From Octopus vulgaris (Eukaryota), in the NCBI GenBank assembly GCA_951406725.2, contig OX597822.1, forward strand, positions 2,170,001-2,234,000: DNA of 64,000 bases, read 5' to 3'. Position numbers and translations under genes: made by a program. Below are positions 14,672-27,649 of this stretch, piece by piece. A model generated the notes under the pieces. That model saw only the letters and a program-made list of their open reading frames with translations, searched no databases and was not told the origin of the DNA. The first letter of the stretch is position 1, and every line of letters begins with the position of its first letter.

Positions 14672-14822
14672 TCGGTGGAGTGGGCTAATCGATTACATCG
14701 ATCCCTCACTGATACTTAATTTATCGACCCCTCGGTGGAATTTGAACTCAGAACGTAGCGACAGACGAAATACTGCTAAGCATTTCGCTCGGCGTGCTAA
14801 CGTTTCTGCCAGCTCACCGCCT
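14672..14822 (-). mobile_element. SINE family A
   Basis: ggaatttgaactcagaacgtagcg...gctaacgtttctgccagctcaccgcc. Confidence 0.8.
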
Positions 14823-14832
14823 TCCTTGTGTC

Positions 14833-15252
<420 letters not shown>

Positions 15253-15548
15253 CCTTTCTACAAAGCTTGAAATTTGGTGAAAAGGAATGAGTTGATTACA
15301 TGAACCCCAGTACTCAGCTGGTACGTATTTCATCGACCCAGAAATTATGAAAGGCAAAGTTGTCCTTAGCGGAATTTGAGATCAAAACAGACGAAATGAC
15401 GCTAAGTATTAACCTTTCGGCAAAAGAAACCGATAGAATTAATTCCAGGCTTTAAAATACAAGTCCCGGAGTTGATTTGTTCGACTAAAATCCTTCAAGA
15501 CGATGTACCAGCATGGCCGTAGTCAAAAGACTGTAACAAGCGAAAGAA
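15253..15548. mobile_element. Degenerate SINE A (-, 15253-15410) abutting SINE B 3' part (+, 15412-15548)
   Basis: Motif similarity to better-preserved copies in the window. Confidence 0.65.
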
Positions 15549-15649
15549 AGTACAAAATAAAAGTATTAAATAGGCAAGTTGTTATTCAAAATCAAACATT
15601 AAAAAGAACCTGAAGAGGTCATCTTAAACGAAATTTCTTACTGCGATCT

Positions 15650-15840
15650 ACAGATCTACGCACAAAGGAGATTTTGCTGTGGATTTCATGAAATACAAGA
15701 GGTGTGACTCACTTCGAATTTTCGGAAAAGGCAGAAGATGTCACTGCAGAATATTATCGCCAACAATTCAAACGTGTCAATCAAGTTTTGCCCAAAAAAC
15801 ATCCAGTTCTGAGCAGAAGGAAACGCTTTGCATGGCCATC
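15650..15840 (+). pseudogene. Mariner-like transposase fragment
   Basis: THFEFSEKAEDVTAEYYRQQFKRVNQVLPKKHPVLSRRK resembles the mariner HFELL...TITAEYYCQQL...P....RK segment. Confidence 0.55.
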
Positions 15841-15942
15841 TTACGAATTCGAAAAAGTCTCGTGTAAATTTCAACAAATAACCAGATCATAATTCTTTAA
15901 ATCACTGCCTAATACCTCTAATCGCAATACAGGCATAAGTAC

Positions 15943-16172
15943 ATGCATACATACATACATACATACATACATGTATGCATACATACATGTATGCATACAT
16001 ACATACATACATACATACATACATACATACATACACACACACATACATACAAACACACACACATACATACATACATACATACATACATACATACATACAT
16101 ACATGCATGCATACATACATACATACATACATACATACACACACATACATACATAATACATACATACATACA

Positions 16173-16204
<32 letters not shown>

Positions 16205-16266
16205 CATACATACATACATACATACATACATACATACATACACACATACATACATACATACACACA

Positions 16267-16302
<36 letters not shown>

Positions 16303-16396
16303 TACATACATACATACATACATACATACATACATGCATGCATACATACATACATACATACATACATACACACACATACATACATACACACATACA

Positions 16397-16432
<36 letters not shown>

Positions 16433-16500
16433 TACATACATACATACATACATACATACATACATACATACATACACACATACATACATACACACATACA

Positions 16501-16536
<36 letters not shown>

Positions 16537-16570
16537 TACATACATACATACATACATACATACATACACA
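15943..16570. repeat. (TACA)n microsatellite
   Basis: Direct reading. Confidence 0.95.
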
Positions 16571-16604
16571 TAAATCTATTAACGTGTATAACTATGCAAA
16601 TGCT

Positions 16605-16639
<35 letters not shown>

Positions 16640-16759
16640 GCATATCTGTTCATCTATTCATCTTTCTGTCTACTTACATATCTGTGTATGTTTACATAGA
16701 CACATATGTATAGCTACAGACATGTAAATACCTACCTACCTACCTACATACATACATAT

Positions 16760-16815
<56 letters not shown>

Positions 16816-17111
16816 ACACACATATTAAGCGTGTATCTATTTATAAGGAAAACAATATGGTCGAAAGCTACGGTAGACCGAGTTGATGAAGTCTGTTGTC
16901 ATAATTAATGTCAAATGTCTATGTTCTTGACACCAAAATATCTGCATCACTACGCGAAAGAAATAGTCTACATACCACAAGCAAATATACTTGTGTGTTG
17001 ATCAACAGCGTGGAAAGACATCTCAGCAACATAATCTGAATAGCTATGTCTGTTATACGTTAACACATACAGATATCGAACGGAAAGAGAGAGAGACAGA
17101 GACAGAGAAAC

Positions 17112-17146
<35 letters not shown>

Positions 17147-17371
17147 GAGACAGAGAGAGAGACAGACAGATAGAGAGAGACAGATAGAGAGATGGCGGAG
17201 AAGGAGTGATAGAAAAAGACATACACCTATTCATACACAATACATTTTCACGTATGTAACACAAAACTGAATAGACATAGATATACAGATGTATCTATGT
17301 TTTGTATAAACACATACATACACACACATACATAAATATATATGTGTATATATATATATATACATACACGG

Positions 17372-17413
<42 letters not shown>

Positions 17414-17731
17414 TGAGAGAGAGAGAGAGCGATAGATACACGCATATATTTATATGTATAATTGCATATGCACGTATATATATATACATACACGGAAATA
17501 TATATATATGTGTGTATGTGTTTGTTCGTATACACATGCATCAATATACGTTGGATCGCGCAGTTATTCCTAGGACATAAGTAATTAGATGTTTGTTTAT
17601 GTATATATAAGTAATTATACATGAAATACTATATAAGGATGCATCAAGTATTTTCCATTCACATATCGGTCTTTCACTTATCTTAGCGTTGTTTCCTAAT
17701 GCTCTTTTCTCTCTCTTTTTCTCTCTCTCAC

Positions 17732-17812
<81 letters not shown>

Positions 17813-17864
17813 GCTATCTATCTATCTATCTATCTATCTACCTATCTATCTCTCTCTCTATATT

Positions 17865-17900
<36 letters not shown>

Positions 17901-17971
17901 CATAAATATATATATATATTTTATATATGTACATATACATACTTGCATATATATATATATATATATATATA

Positions 17972-18028
<57 letters not shown>

Positions 18029-18037
18029 TTACATATA

Positions 18038-19680
18038 CTAGCCGAATCAGCGCCTTCCGGGCGGTCGACTCAGCTAGTACATATCTAAACTCATGTTCAT
18101 AGTTTGAAAGTAAAAAATGAAACTTACTATAATTTTTGTTAAGAATTTCCTTATAGACAACGTTGTCAGTGTAGATTCTTTTCATACCCTCATACCCCGA
18201 GTCCAAAGCCAATATATGCACATTTTTCCCAGAATCAAAGCAAGTATATGATCATTGTTTCCAGAACCAAAGCCAATATATGGTCATTGGTCCCAGAACC
18301 AAACAAAGCTTCCATTATCTTGGTCCCCTTTCGGTTTTGTTGTCATAGTCTTGCTTTCCAAACTCTCTCTCACAAGAGCCATTCCAGCTTGGAAGCACTC
18401 CCCCCTATAAAGCCAAGGCGAGCCACTATGTAATGGCGGAAGAAAGATTTTAGACCCTACGCCATTCATGTCCCCATTTGCAGTAGCATTCAGAAGGCCC
18501 TGGATCTTTTCAGCTTTAAATTGTTTCTGATGAGTTCTCAAGAAGTGTAATCGATCTTTGCATATTTATCTTCTGCATATCGGTTGCATCAGGTATCTAT
18601 TTTTCATTATGTCACCCAACTCGTCAAATCTTACATGAAGCCGGTAAGAATAAAAGTCACATTCGGTGATGTTTTTGCTTCGGTCATTGTCTTTCCAGAC
18701 CACATTCCAGCCATCTTTCCCTTAGGGAAACAGAAATACATAATGAAGAGGGTCACAGCTTCTGTGCATTTGACTAATGTAGTCTAACTTCCCATTGCGC
18801 TCTCTGTACTCTACAACAACATCCGCAGGTTTAATGTTTGGATTATTGGTACCATCTCCCACCATGATCACAGCAGCTTCTGATGCGGTCGATGGATTAT
18901 AGGTTCTCTCAAGTGACCCAGCAGGAATAAGCTGTTTGTTATGAATTATAATATCACTGGTAGAACATTTTCTAGGTGCCGAGTATTCCTTAATTATATC
19001 AATAACATGTTTAAACTTTTGAATTATGAATTGTGCATTTGCAGTGCTCTCTGCAAATTTTGCAGGATGTTCTCGTTAAGGTCATTGTCAGCTCCTCTGA
19101 ATGACAACCTGTTTCTCATCTTATTTTCAGTGTCAACAAAATCTAGCTGTACGTAGACTGGTTTCCTATTAACTGCCGGTAGGAGACTTCCGATGCGGCG
19201 GTACAACTTTCCTTGAATCTTGAAAGTAGGCATAAAAGTGCTGCTACCCTGTGGTCCAACTGGTGGATTATCCAGTCCAAGTGACGCCATAGCCAGTAAA
19301 TTATTGTAGTCTCGAATTTTGTTCAGAAACATTTGACCGCATAGATTAACATCATACTACTTGGCTATTAATTCTGGGCGCTTTTTCTATCTGTGGAACA
19401 TTGCCATTGTTAATTTTTCCTTTGCCACATCAGAGGGTAGTTTTCTCAGCACCGCAAAGGTAAGCTTTGCAGTCAGGGTGGGTTCTGTTAAAAATGTTTC
19501 CACAGTAGTGCAACATTAGGCTTAGGTTTCGTTCTTTCTCATGAAAATCTACCACATCCAACTTCCATAGATCCATTTTACCAGTGGCAGTCCTTTGCTG
19601 ACGAATTCGCGATTGATATCGTACTTAGCTGTTTGTTTGTTGCTGCTGAATTTGTGGCAGCGACGTGTTCTCCCGAACCT
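18038..19680 (-). mobile_element. Helitron remnant (degenerate Rep N-terminal region plus 3' terminus)
   Basis: FLNKIRDYNNLLAMASLG..FMPTFKIQGKLYRRIGSLLP..YVQLDFVD; ISQMHRSCDPLHYVFLFP*GKDGW; IFLPPLHSGSP..FQAGMALVR. Minus-strand hairpin cgcc(cggaa)ggcg lies 9 nt before terminal CTAG/T at 18038-18041. Confidence 0.85.
18200..18305. repeat. ~32 bp minisatellite, about 3 copies, inside the Helitron
   Basis: ccagaa(t/c)caaagc(c/a)a(a/g)tatatg(g/a)tcattg repeated. Confidence 0.7.
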
Positions 19681-19689
19681 TGCTATTTT

Positions 19690-19786
19690 AGAAGACACTT
19701 GCCCGAGGTGCCACTCAGTTGGACTGAACCTTGAACCATGTGGTTGGTAAGCAAGCTTCTTACCACCATATGACCGCATCTGCGCC
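19690..19786 (-). mobile_element. SINE family B, 5' part
   Basis: agaagacacttgcccgaggtgcca...gcaagcttcttacca. Confidence 0.75.
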
Positions 19787-20062
19787 TATATATACGTACA
19801 CACATGTATACGTACATATATATCGTGAACTGTTACTTTCTCAGATACAGCACGGGATTTTGTCAGTGGTCAGGTCGCGGTCTCAAAACGACGAAAATAT
19901 TTTGGCAAATTAGATTTAAATGTTGAACTAAATTTAACGGTTTATGTGTGTTTTTAAATGGCTCATAAACACCTTCCCCGCTGCAATTGCTTTCTTTCCA
20001 GCACACGATCTCAGATCAGGTCACTTCTTTGCAAGTACATCTCCGTAATATATATAAATAAT

Positions 20063-20101
<39 letters not shown>

Positions 20102-20394
20102 TAAACTCCAAATTTCAGTTGGAGTTATGTAAGAAGCATATAGAGATCGGATATGTGGAAAGATTGCGTGAGGTCCGATGTGTCGTTTCTCTTAACCGCT
20201 GCTTCTATTTCAATGTTAGTTGTTAGTGCATTTATTAATTTGCATTCGAATTTTTTTCGCATGCATTCTTATGCGGCGGCGATTTCTATTTTATATTTTA
20301 TAGCAGCGATCTTTAATCGTTGCGTATTTTGTTGAATAATATATTCTCTTCTTGCTGGAGCAGCATTTTTTCAATTCTGCTACTTATACCATTG

Positions 20395-20702
20395 ATTTCT
20401 TGTTGCCAAAGCGCTTAGTAAGAGCAATAAAAGCAAACCAGCACCGGTTATCAAGCGTTGGTAAAGGACAAACCAAATCACACACACGCACACACATGCA
20501 CACACACACACATTCACACGCACACAAACACACATACCTCGAGCTTCGAGCTTCTTTCAGTTTTCGTCTACCACATCCCCTCATGAAGATTTGGTCGTCC
20601 CACAGGCACAATAGAAAACATTCGTCCAAGTTGCCACGCAGTGGCACTGAACCTATAATCATGGGGTTCCGAAACAAACTTCGTACCCACACACCTACGC
20701 CT
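20395..20702 (-). mobile_element. SINE family B, degenerate
   Basis: cttctttcagttttcgtctacca...ccacgcagtgg...cctacgcc. Confidence 0.65.
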
Positions 20703-20845
20703 CTATGTATGCATGCATGTATATGTACACATACGTACATATATGTCTGTGGAGTGAGTGGGCGGGTGTGTATACATACATACAACATACATTATATATA
20801 TATATATATGCGTATATGCATATGTGACTATACAGACATATATAG

Positions 20846-20892
<47 letters not shown>

Positions 20893-20899
<7 letters not shown>

Positions 20900-21552
20900 T
20901 GCCCCCTCGTTATCGAGTATGGCCATTGCACGAAGCTTAACTGTTGTTGGTGCTGTGATCGAATGTGACTTTTATTTGCTTTTTAAGGCTACAAACAGCG
21001 ATTCAGTTGAGACTCACAGCACCATCAACAATCATGAACAATGTTGCTTTCTTGCAATGCCTGTGTAAGAAGATATTTTTTAAAATGAGGAAAGGCTGTG
21101 CACTGAGTCAATCCCACTCACTAAGCAACGGCAGCCATAATCCGAAAAGAAGAACAAGTCAACATCATCGGTAACCACTGAACCGCAGGTTTTATATCGG
21201 AGTTATCCCAGTTACCTGAGTTACCTTCTCCTAGAAGGATGCCTTAACAAAGGCTAGGAGTCCTTCACTCCCAATGGTTTTACCGCGCGATCGGGTATTC
21301 AGTCCGATTATTTCTATGTCCCCGCGCATTATACAGCCTTAAGCCTTAAGAAAAAAAAAAACTACATATTTATTGGATGGCCGTTGACTCTCAAGAGCTA
21401 CTCCACCCTTTGACGGGTTTTGTTTTTCATCCCGCAGGGTGTCCAATAAACACCCTCCTCACCAAGCAAGCTTGGTGGGGTTGCCGGTTTAGTCGCCGAC
21501 GACCCGACGATGCAACAGGTTGTACTGAGTTACATGTTACCAGTAGCACTGG
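20893..21552 (-). mobile_element. Non-autonomous RTE-like element (5' UTR joined to 3' end)
   Basis: The minus strand begins with a GC-rich leader (gggtcgtcggcgactaaaccggcaacccc...ggtgaggaggg) resembling RTE 5' UTRs and ends with a KSHIRSQH-like zinc-knuckle remnant before (TA)n. Confidence 0.5.
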
Positions 21553-21650
21553 TATATATATATATATACAGACACACACATATATATATATATGTATATG
21601 GAAAAAGAAGTCAAGATAGAAAATGCTAAAGCAATTTTATAAAAAAACCT

Positions 21651-21690
21651 TTCAGTACCGGTTTCAGTCATTGAGACTTTTTCAACTGAA
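21651..21690 (-). ncRNA. Minimal type I hammerhead ribozyme, U3-A8 core variant
   Basis: Minus strand: ttcag-TTGAAAA-agtc(tcaat)gact-GAAAC-CG-GTA-ctgaa. Perfect stems I and II, palindromic ACCGGT, GUA triplet. Confidence 0.8.
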
Positions 21691-22372
21691 TGCATGGAAA
21701 AAAATTAAATTTGGAAAAATTAAAAGAAAAAGTTTTTTTTTTAAAGACTATTTGTATAGTGTTCAGATACAAGGGACATTTTCCTTGTTTCTGCCTGTCT
21801 CTGTTTATATTTCTATGTATGTCTGTGTAGTCACATAGGCATATATATATATACACACACGCATATACATATACACACTCATACACGCACATATATATCT
21901 ACAAACCTATGCATGTGCATAGACACACACATACACACGCACGCACACACATACACACCAGGCCAGAAAGACGCGCGCAGACATATAGCAAAGTACTCTT
22001 CATATGTTCACGTGTTTGTATAATATTTCCTTTCGTAAACAAAAGCATGCAAAGTGCATATCGGGGGAGTAAGACTAACGAAAGGAGGTGAGGTTTAAGT
22101 AGGCTGATAGATTACTTCACATCCTATGAACTACAGTCAGTCATAATCTGGATGCTTTCCAGTGAAAACTAATCGATAACAACTACTAGAAGCTGTCTTG
22201 AGAACTCTTGTGTCATTGACAAAATCTGCATTGTATATTTAAAATGGATTTATTTCCCTAATAGCATTATTAAACTAACTACCGATGGCAGCTTGTCTGT
22301 CATGTATTAGGATTCCAAAATGAGTTAGCTTTTAAAAGTACTTTGAAAGTCCTGACTTGAAATGAAAAGTAC

Positions 22373-22407
<35 letters not shown>

Positions 22408-22420
22408 GTGTGTATACATA

Positions 22421-22475
<55 letters not shown>

Positions 22476-22476
22476 A

Positions 22477-22527
<51 letters not shown>

Positions 22528-22587
22528 ACATATATATATATATAAATATATATATATGTGTACATATATATATATATATATGTATAC

Positions 22588-22643
<56 letters not shown>

Positions 22644-22760
22644 ATATATATGTATATATATATATATATATGTATATATACGTATATATATACATATATG
22701 TATATATATATGTGCATTTATATATATACATATAAATATATATATATATGTGTACATATA

Positions 22761-22812
<52 letters not shown>

Positions 22813-22974
22813 TAAGTTCGTATATACATATATATGTAAACACACACACATATGTATATGTACTGTATATATAGTTAGATCGATAGACTACTTTGAGATA
22901 ATCGTAAGGTTCAAAATATAGTTATAACTTTATAAACTCGCCATTAATAGATATATCACGTGTCTATCTTTTGT

Positions 22975-23410
22975 CTTATTTCACTCATTTGACTGCGGTC
23001 ATGCTGGAGCACCGAAGAAATCGGTGCCAGTATGTTATTTTGTTGCTAAGTCTGCTTCTTATTCTATCGGTGTCTTTTTGCCGAACTGCTTGTTTAAGGG
23101 GTGGGGTAGAGGTAAACACATGAACGTCTGTTGTCAAGCGGTACTGGGGGACGAACGCACACGCACACTCATTCATACGCACGCACACATACACACACGC
23201 ACGCATGCACACACACACACACACACACGCATGCACATACACGCACATATGTATGAGTGTGTGTGACGGGCTTCTTCTAGTTTCCATCTACGACATCCAA
23301 GCATAAGGCACTGGTCGGCCCGAGACTACGGTAGAAGACACTAGTCCAAGGTGTCACGCAGTGAGATTGAATTTAGAACCCTGCAGTTTAGAAGCAAGCT
23401 TCTTACCACA
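22975..23410 (-). mobile_element. SINE family B
   Basis: tttgactgcggtcatgctggagcacc...agaagacactagtccaaggtgtcacgcag. Confidence 0.75.
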
Positions 23411-24559
23411 TGTGTGTGTGTTAGAGTCTGTATGTGTTCATGTGTCTGTGTGTGCGCGGAATCAGCCGAGCGAGCCGAAACTGATCCGTCAGTATAAGGA
23501 ACTCTCCACGGTGTTTGGGCGATTATAGTCCCTCTCAACATATATGTATACAATCATGTGCCTTAACTACAGCATGGGGACATTTTACCGCTTATTTCTA
23601 GCAATATAGGTGTTCTAACATCCTTTGTCACATTTAATGATATTCAGTTTTCTATTTTGGTAACGCATTGCGCATGGCTGTTAATATTAATTTATATGCA
23701 TGTGATAAATTTTATACCTGCAGCTTATATTTATAATGGTCAAGCCACGTTTTAATATCACGCTTGTCAAGCAGAACTTTAATGCAAACGCGTTCTTTAA
23801 TTGCAATATGGTGTTTCATTCATTATATAAAGTAGAAGATTGGATCTTCACCACCTGCTAATGTTGTTAAAGTTTGTAATAATTTATGAATACCATTCAT
23901 AACGGAAACGTCAATTTAAAACTGTATCATTATTTTTGTTTATTTAGTTGTTTTTCATTCAATCGATATATAATTGGTATGCTCTTACCCAAATTTACTG
24001 TTTATTTGGTCCATAACCATGCTAATCCTTTTGCAACTACAGTGCATTCTGATCTGTGAGGCTGATCTTGCCTTCCTAAATTGCCACTGTTGAAGAGAAG
24101 CATGAACGACAAGGATCTCACAAGTTCCAACCGTTTCTAAATCAAACCTTTTCGCCAGCTTCAATATACTTTTAAAATATAGTTTTTAACTTTGTATTAT
24201 TGGATACTTTCAGGGATGTTTTATATCTATTCCTGACTTCGGGTAAAAAAAAATTTAAGTTTAATGGGATAACAGAGCATCAGAGTGAATTCGAACTGAA
24301 AACCTTTATTTTGTGTTTGGGGAGGGTCATATAGTCGTAACGCCTTATTATCTAACTCACTTAACAGTTCTATTTACGCTCATTTATTATTTATGTTTTT
24401 TCTTCTAAAATTTTCTTTGCTTTTGCAACCTTATCAATGGATGTTGACTTTCTTTATATGGTGGTTTAGTGGTAAACTGCTGAAAAATTATAGCGTTGTT
24501 AATGAAATCACTTCTCTGGTATTTAGATACTTACAGAAGGCTGAATTGAATATAATGAA

Positions 24560-24796
24560 AGTAAAAGTTACCCTCTCGACTCATGACGACTCATAAGGAG
24601 ACGGTTTCCCCGGTTTCCCTGGCGTATAAATTCCCCACGGGACGCAGGATTACTCATTTTTGCTTGCAGAGTGGACTGGAGCAACGTAAAGTGAAGTATT
24701 TTGCTCAAGAGCATAACCCGTTGCCCGTTCCAGATATTGAAACAAGAATCTTAAGCTCATGAGCCCAATAGCCTAACCACTAAGCCACGCGCCTCC
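24560..24796 (-). mobile_element. tRNA-derived SINE family C
   Basis: Reverse complement starts ggaggcgcgtggcttagtggttagg (A box)...cttgagcaaaatacttcactttacgttgctccagtccactc. Related copy at 43820-44052. Confidence 0.7.
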
Positions 24797-25479
24797 ACGA
24801 TTAAATATAATAACTATGACATAATGCATTTACCTGCCTACAATCAGAATGACAATAAATCTGTCTTTACCTCTCATTTGCATCTGAGCAAATGCAAGAA
24901 TCCGATACTTTAGATTATTCACTTCTCATGGAAATTTCAATAATTCCACTCTAATGTGAAATTACAATTAACGTTCAGGACAATAGTTCATTGAAAATAA
25001 AAAGCGCATTGTATAGAAGCAAAACGCAAAAGAAAAATGCGGGGTAAAGAAATCAGTAAGTACAGAAATAAAGAGTCGTGTACACTTTCTGAATTCTACA
25101 TCACTTGAGGCACTTGTAGCATTGTTCTCTAGAACTTTTTAGATACTGCCAAAGAACGCGAACCGGATGATTTCAAGCTTAAGATGCTGGAACAGTCAGG
25201 TACGTTTCCGAGCATCATTTGATACTGTTATAGGAGAATCCTGAAGACCCTCACGTGACTGAAGGTGGAGTAACCGATTACAATACATAAGAACCATGTG
25301 AACTGTCAGTGACAGTAGTTAACGGTGTGTTTTGCTGTTCGATTTAGTCTTTATTTGATCGCTGTCAGACGTGAGTCGCATTGTTAATTAATCGTTGAAG
25401 TTCTCCCGTAAGGGTGAACCTAATTGTTTAACCTCATTGTTGAATTGTTAGTTGCTATTTTTTGCTCTGATTTTATAAT

Positions 25480-26010
25480 TGTTTTCTTCCTCATTTATGA
25501 GTGAAGTAGAGAAAAAAAGGAAGGATGGAAAGTCACCAGTTCCAGCCGACAGCTATGCTTCAGTCACTAGAAGAACTGCAGACGTACTACAGGTTCGAGA
25601 GATGAAAATGGAGGAAACGAAGTTAAAGGAGTTCAACAGACTTATCGAGAAGGATGGAATCAGTTTGAGGTTGACACCGCCGGAAAATTTGACAACGAGC
25701 GTAACGAAGCGAACAATGGTATAAAGAACGCTGTCCACGGCAACGGAAAAATGTAGAAGTAGCTACGATGGAAGCAATAAAAGAGTTTTTGAAGGAGGTG
25801 AAAAGCCTCACAACATTTTACACGAGAAGAGGGAAATAAGGCACAATGGAGGTAAGGTTCGCTAGCGAACAAGAAGTGATAAACCACTCCACTGCGGAGC
25901 TAAGGACACCAGAGTGGGTACTTCTGCCAACTTACTGTGCAAACGAGTATCCAGAGTAGAGATTGGCAGAGTAACCCCGGAGATTGAGGAGGCGTGGCTG
26001 GTAGCAGGGA
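25480..26010 (+). pseudogene. Possible LINE ORF1 remnant
   Basis: Purine-rich, stop-interrupted coding-like stretch (SYASVT...GTMEVRFASEQE...EWVLLPTYC). Family not identifiable by eye. Confidence 0.3.
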
Positions 26011-26064
26011 GGAAAATAAAAAGGAAGAGACACAGCAGGAGTTTACAACAACATCAACAAGGGA

Positions 26065-26262
26065 AGCCAAGTTGAAAATTAAGTGGAACTGAAGGAATTG
26101 AAGAAAAAATAAATAACATATATCTTACAAACTATAGAATTTTCTCAATAAATCAAGAGAAAAAGATGTTTTATAAACACATTCTACCAGTACACGAAGT
26201 TTAAAATTTTTTAGTTACCTAAAAATTATGTTAAAAACTGCCGTTCAAACCGAAAAGATCCC
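26065..26262 (+). mobile_element. Right half of the MITE family seen complete at 57162-57596
   Basis: atcttacaaactatagaattttctcaataaa...aaaactgccgttcaaaccgaaaagatccc. Confidence 0.8.
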
Positions 26263-26768
26263 AGAGCTTTACAAGATTTCACATGTTTTGTTGCAGCACA
26301 GAAAATTGTCCATATTCGCCACTCAAACATGCGACTAAGTTATACTAAATCACCTGGCAGAAATCAAAAGTCAAAGACATCACAGTGTTGATGACAGCAA
26401 TATTAAATTACGTTTCCGTCAAACGATTACTTAAATGCTAAAATAAACCAGCCATTCCTGTTATATCACAACATGTAGGAGTGTATGTAAATTCCATTTG
26501 AAAGGGAACAAATGAATAAAACCGCAAGAAATATTAATAGTTATAACTGAGACAACCGGGCTTACTCGGGATTAAAAGGGCATAGTTTTTTTTTATTGTT
26601 TTACTTGTTTCAGTCATGTGATTGCGGCCGCGCTGGAATACCGCCTTTGGTAGAAAAATTCGACCACAGGATTTATTCTTTGTAAGCCTAGGACTTATTT
26701 TATCTGTGTCTTTTGCCAAACCGCTGTTATGGGAACGTAAACACAGCAACATCATATATGTATGTATG

Positions 26769-26825
<57 letters not shown>

Positions 26826-27279
26826 GTATATACATACACACACATATATGTATATATATATATATGTCTGTATGTGCGTGTGTGTGTGCGTGCGTATATC
26901 GGTGTCAGTAAATTCGATCCCGAAAAATATTGATCCCAGACGTTATTAATATACTTCTCATGTAAACATCGATGTATATAATCAGTATAAATAAAAAAAG
27001 AAAAAAGAATAATAATTTTATTAATAAAAATATAAAAATCACATGTATAAACAAGTAGAAAAATAAGGGTAACTTATTTAAATCATTAAAAATACACATA
27101 TGATATTTCCTTTTATCAAACATATTAAACAAACAATTAGGAAAATAGGTCTGAGAAACTTCTTTCCCTGAAAATGAAACCGAAAAATTGAATGCATGAA
27201 CAAATTGCCTTTAGGAATGTTAATTTATCGTTACTATCATAAGATTGTAAAAGATTTTTTATCCGCGTATCTGTTGACT

Positions 27280-27641
27280 GGTATTTTCCGTTCTGAGTTC
27301 AAATTCTGCCGAGGACGACTTAACCTTTCATCCTTTCGGGGTCGATTAAATAAGTACCAGTTGCGCACTGGGGTCGATATGGTCGACTTAATCCGTTTGT
27401 CTGCCCTTGTTTGTCCCTTCTGTGTTTAGCTCCTTGTGGGTAGTAAAGAAATAGGTATTTCGTCTGCCGCTACGTTCTGAGTTCAAATTCCGCCGAGGTC
27501 GACTTTACCTTTCATCCTTTCAAAGTCGATTAAATAAGTACCAGTTACGCACTGGACATCGATATAATCGACTTAATCCGTTTCTCTGTCCTTGTTTGTC
27601 CCTTCTGTGTTTAGCCCCATGTGGGTAGTAAAGAAATAGGT
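27280..27641 (+). mobile_element. Two tandem SINE family A bodies
   Basis: gttctgagttcaaattc..gtcgac..tcctttc...gtgggtagtaaagaaatagg occurs twice. Confidence 0.85.
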
Positions 27642-27649
27642 ATTTTCTC

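Noticed and set aside
15606-15645. CTGAAGA...GAAA
   Set aside because: Stems I and III do not form.
18200-18305. CRISPR-like ~32 bp repeats
   Set aside because: Tandem without unique spacers, eukaryotic context, no cas genes.
20140-20345. Possible mariner catalytic-region remnant on the minus strand
   Set aside because: Too degenerate to recover DNA or YSPDL motifs.
22290-22365. Possible minus-strand exon with a polypyrimidine acceptor
   Set aside because: Stops in all three frames.
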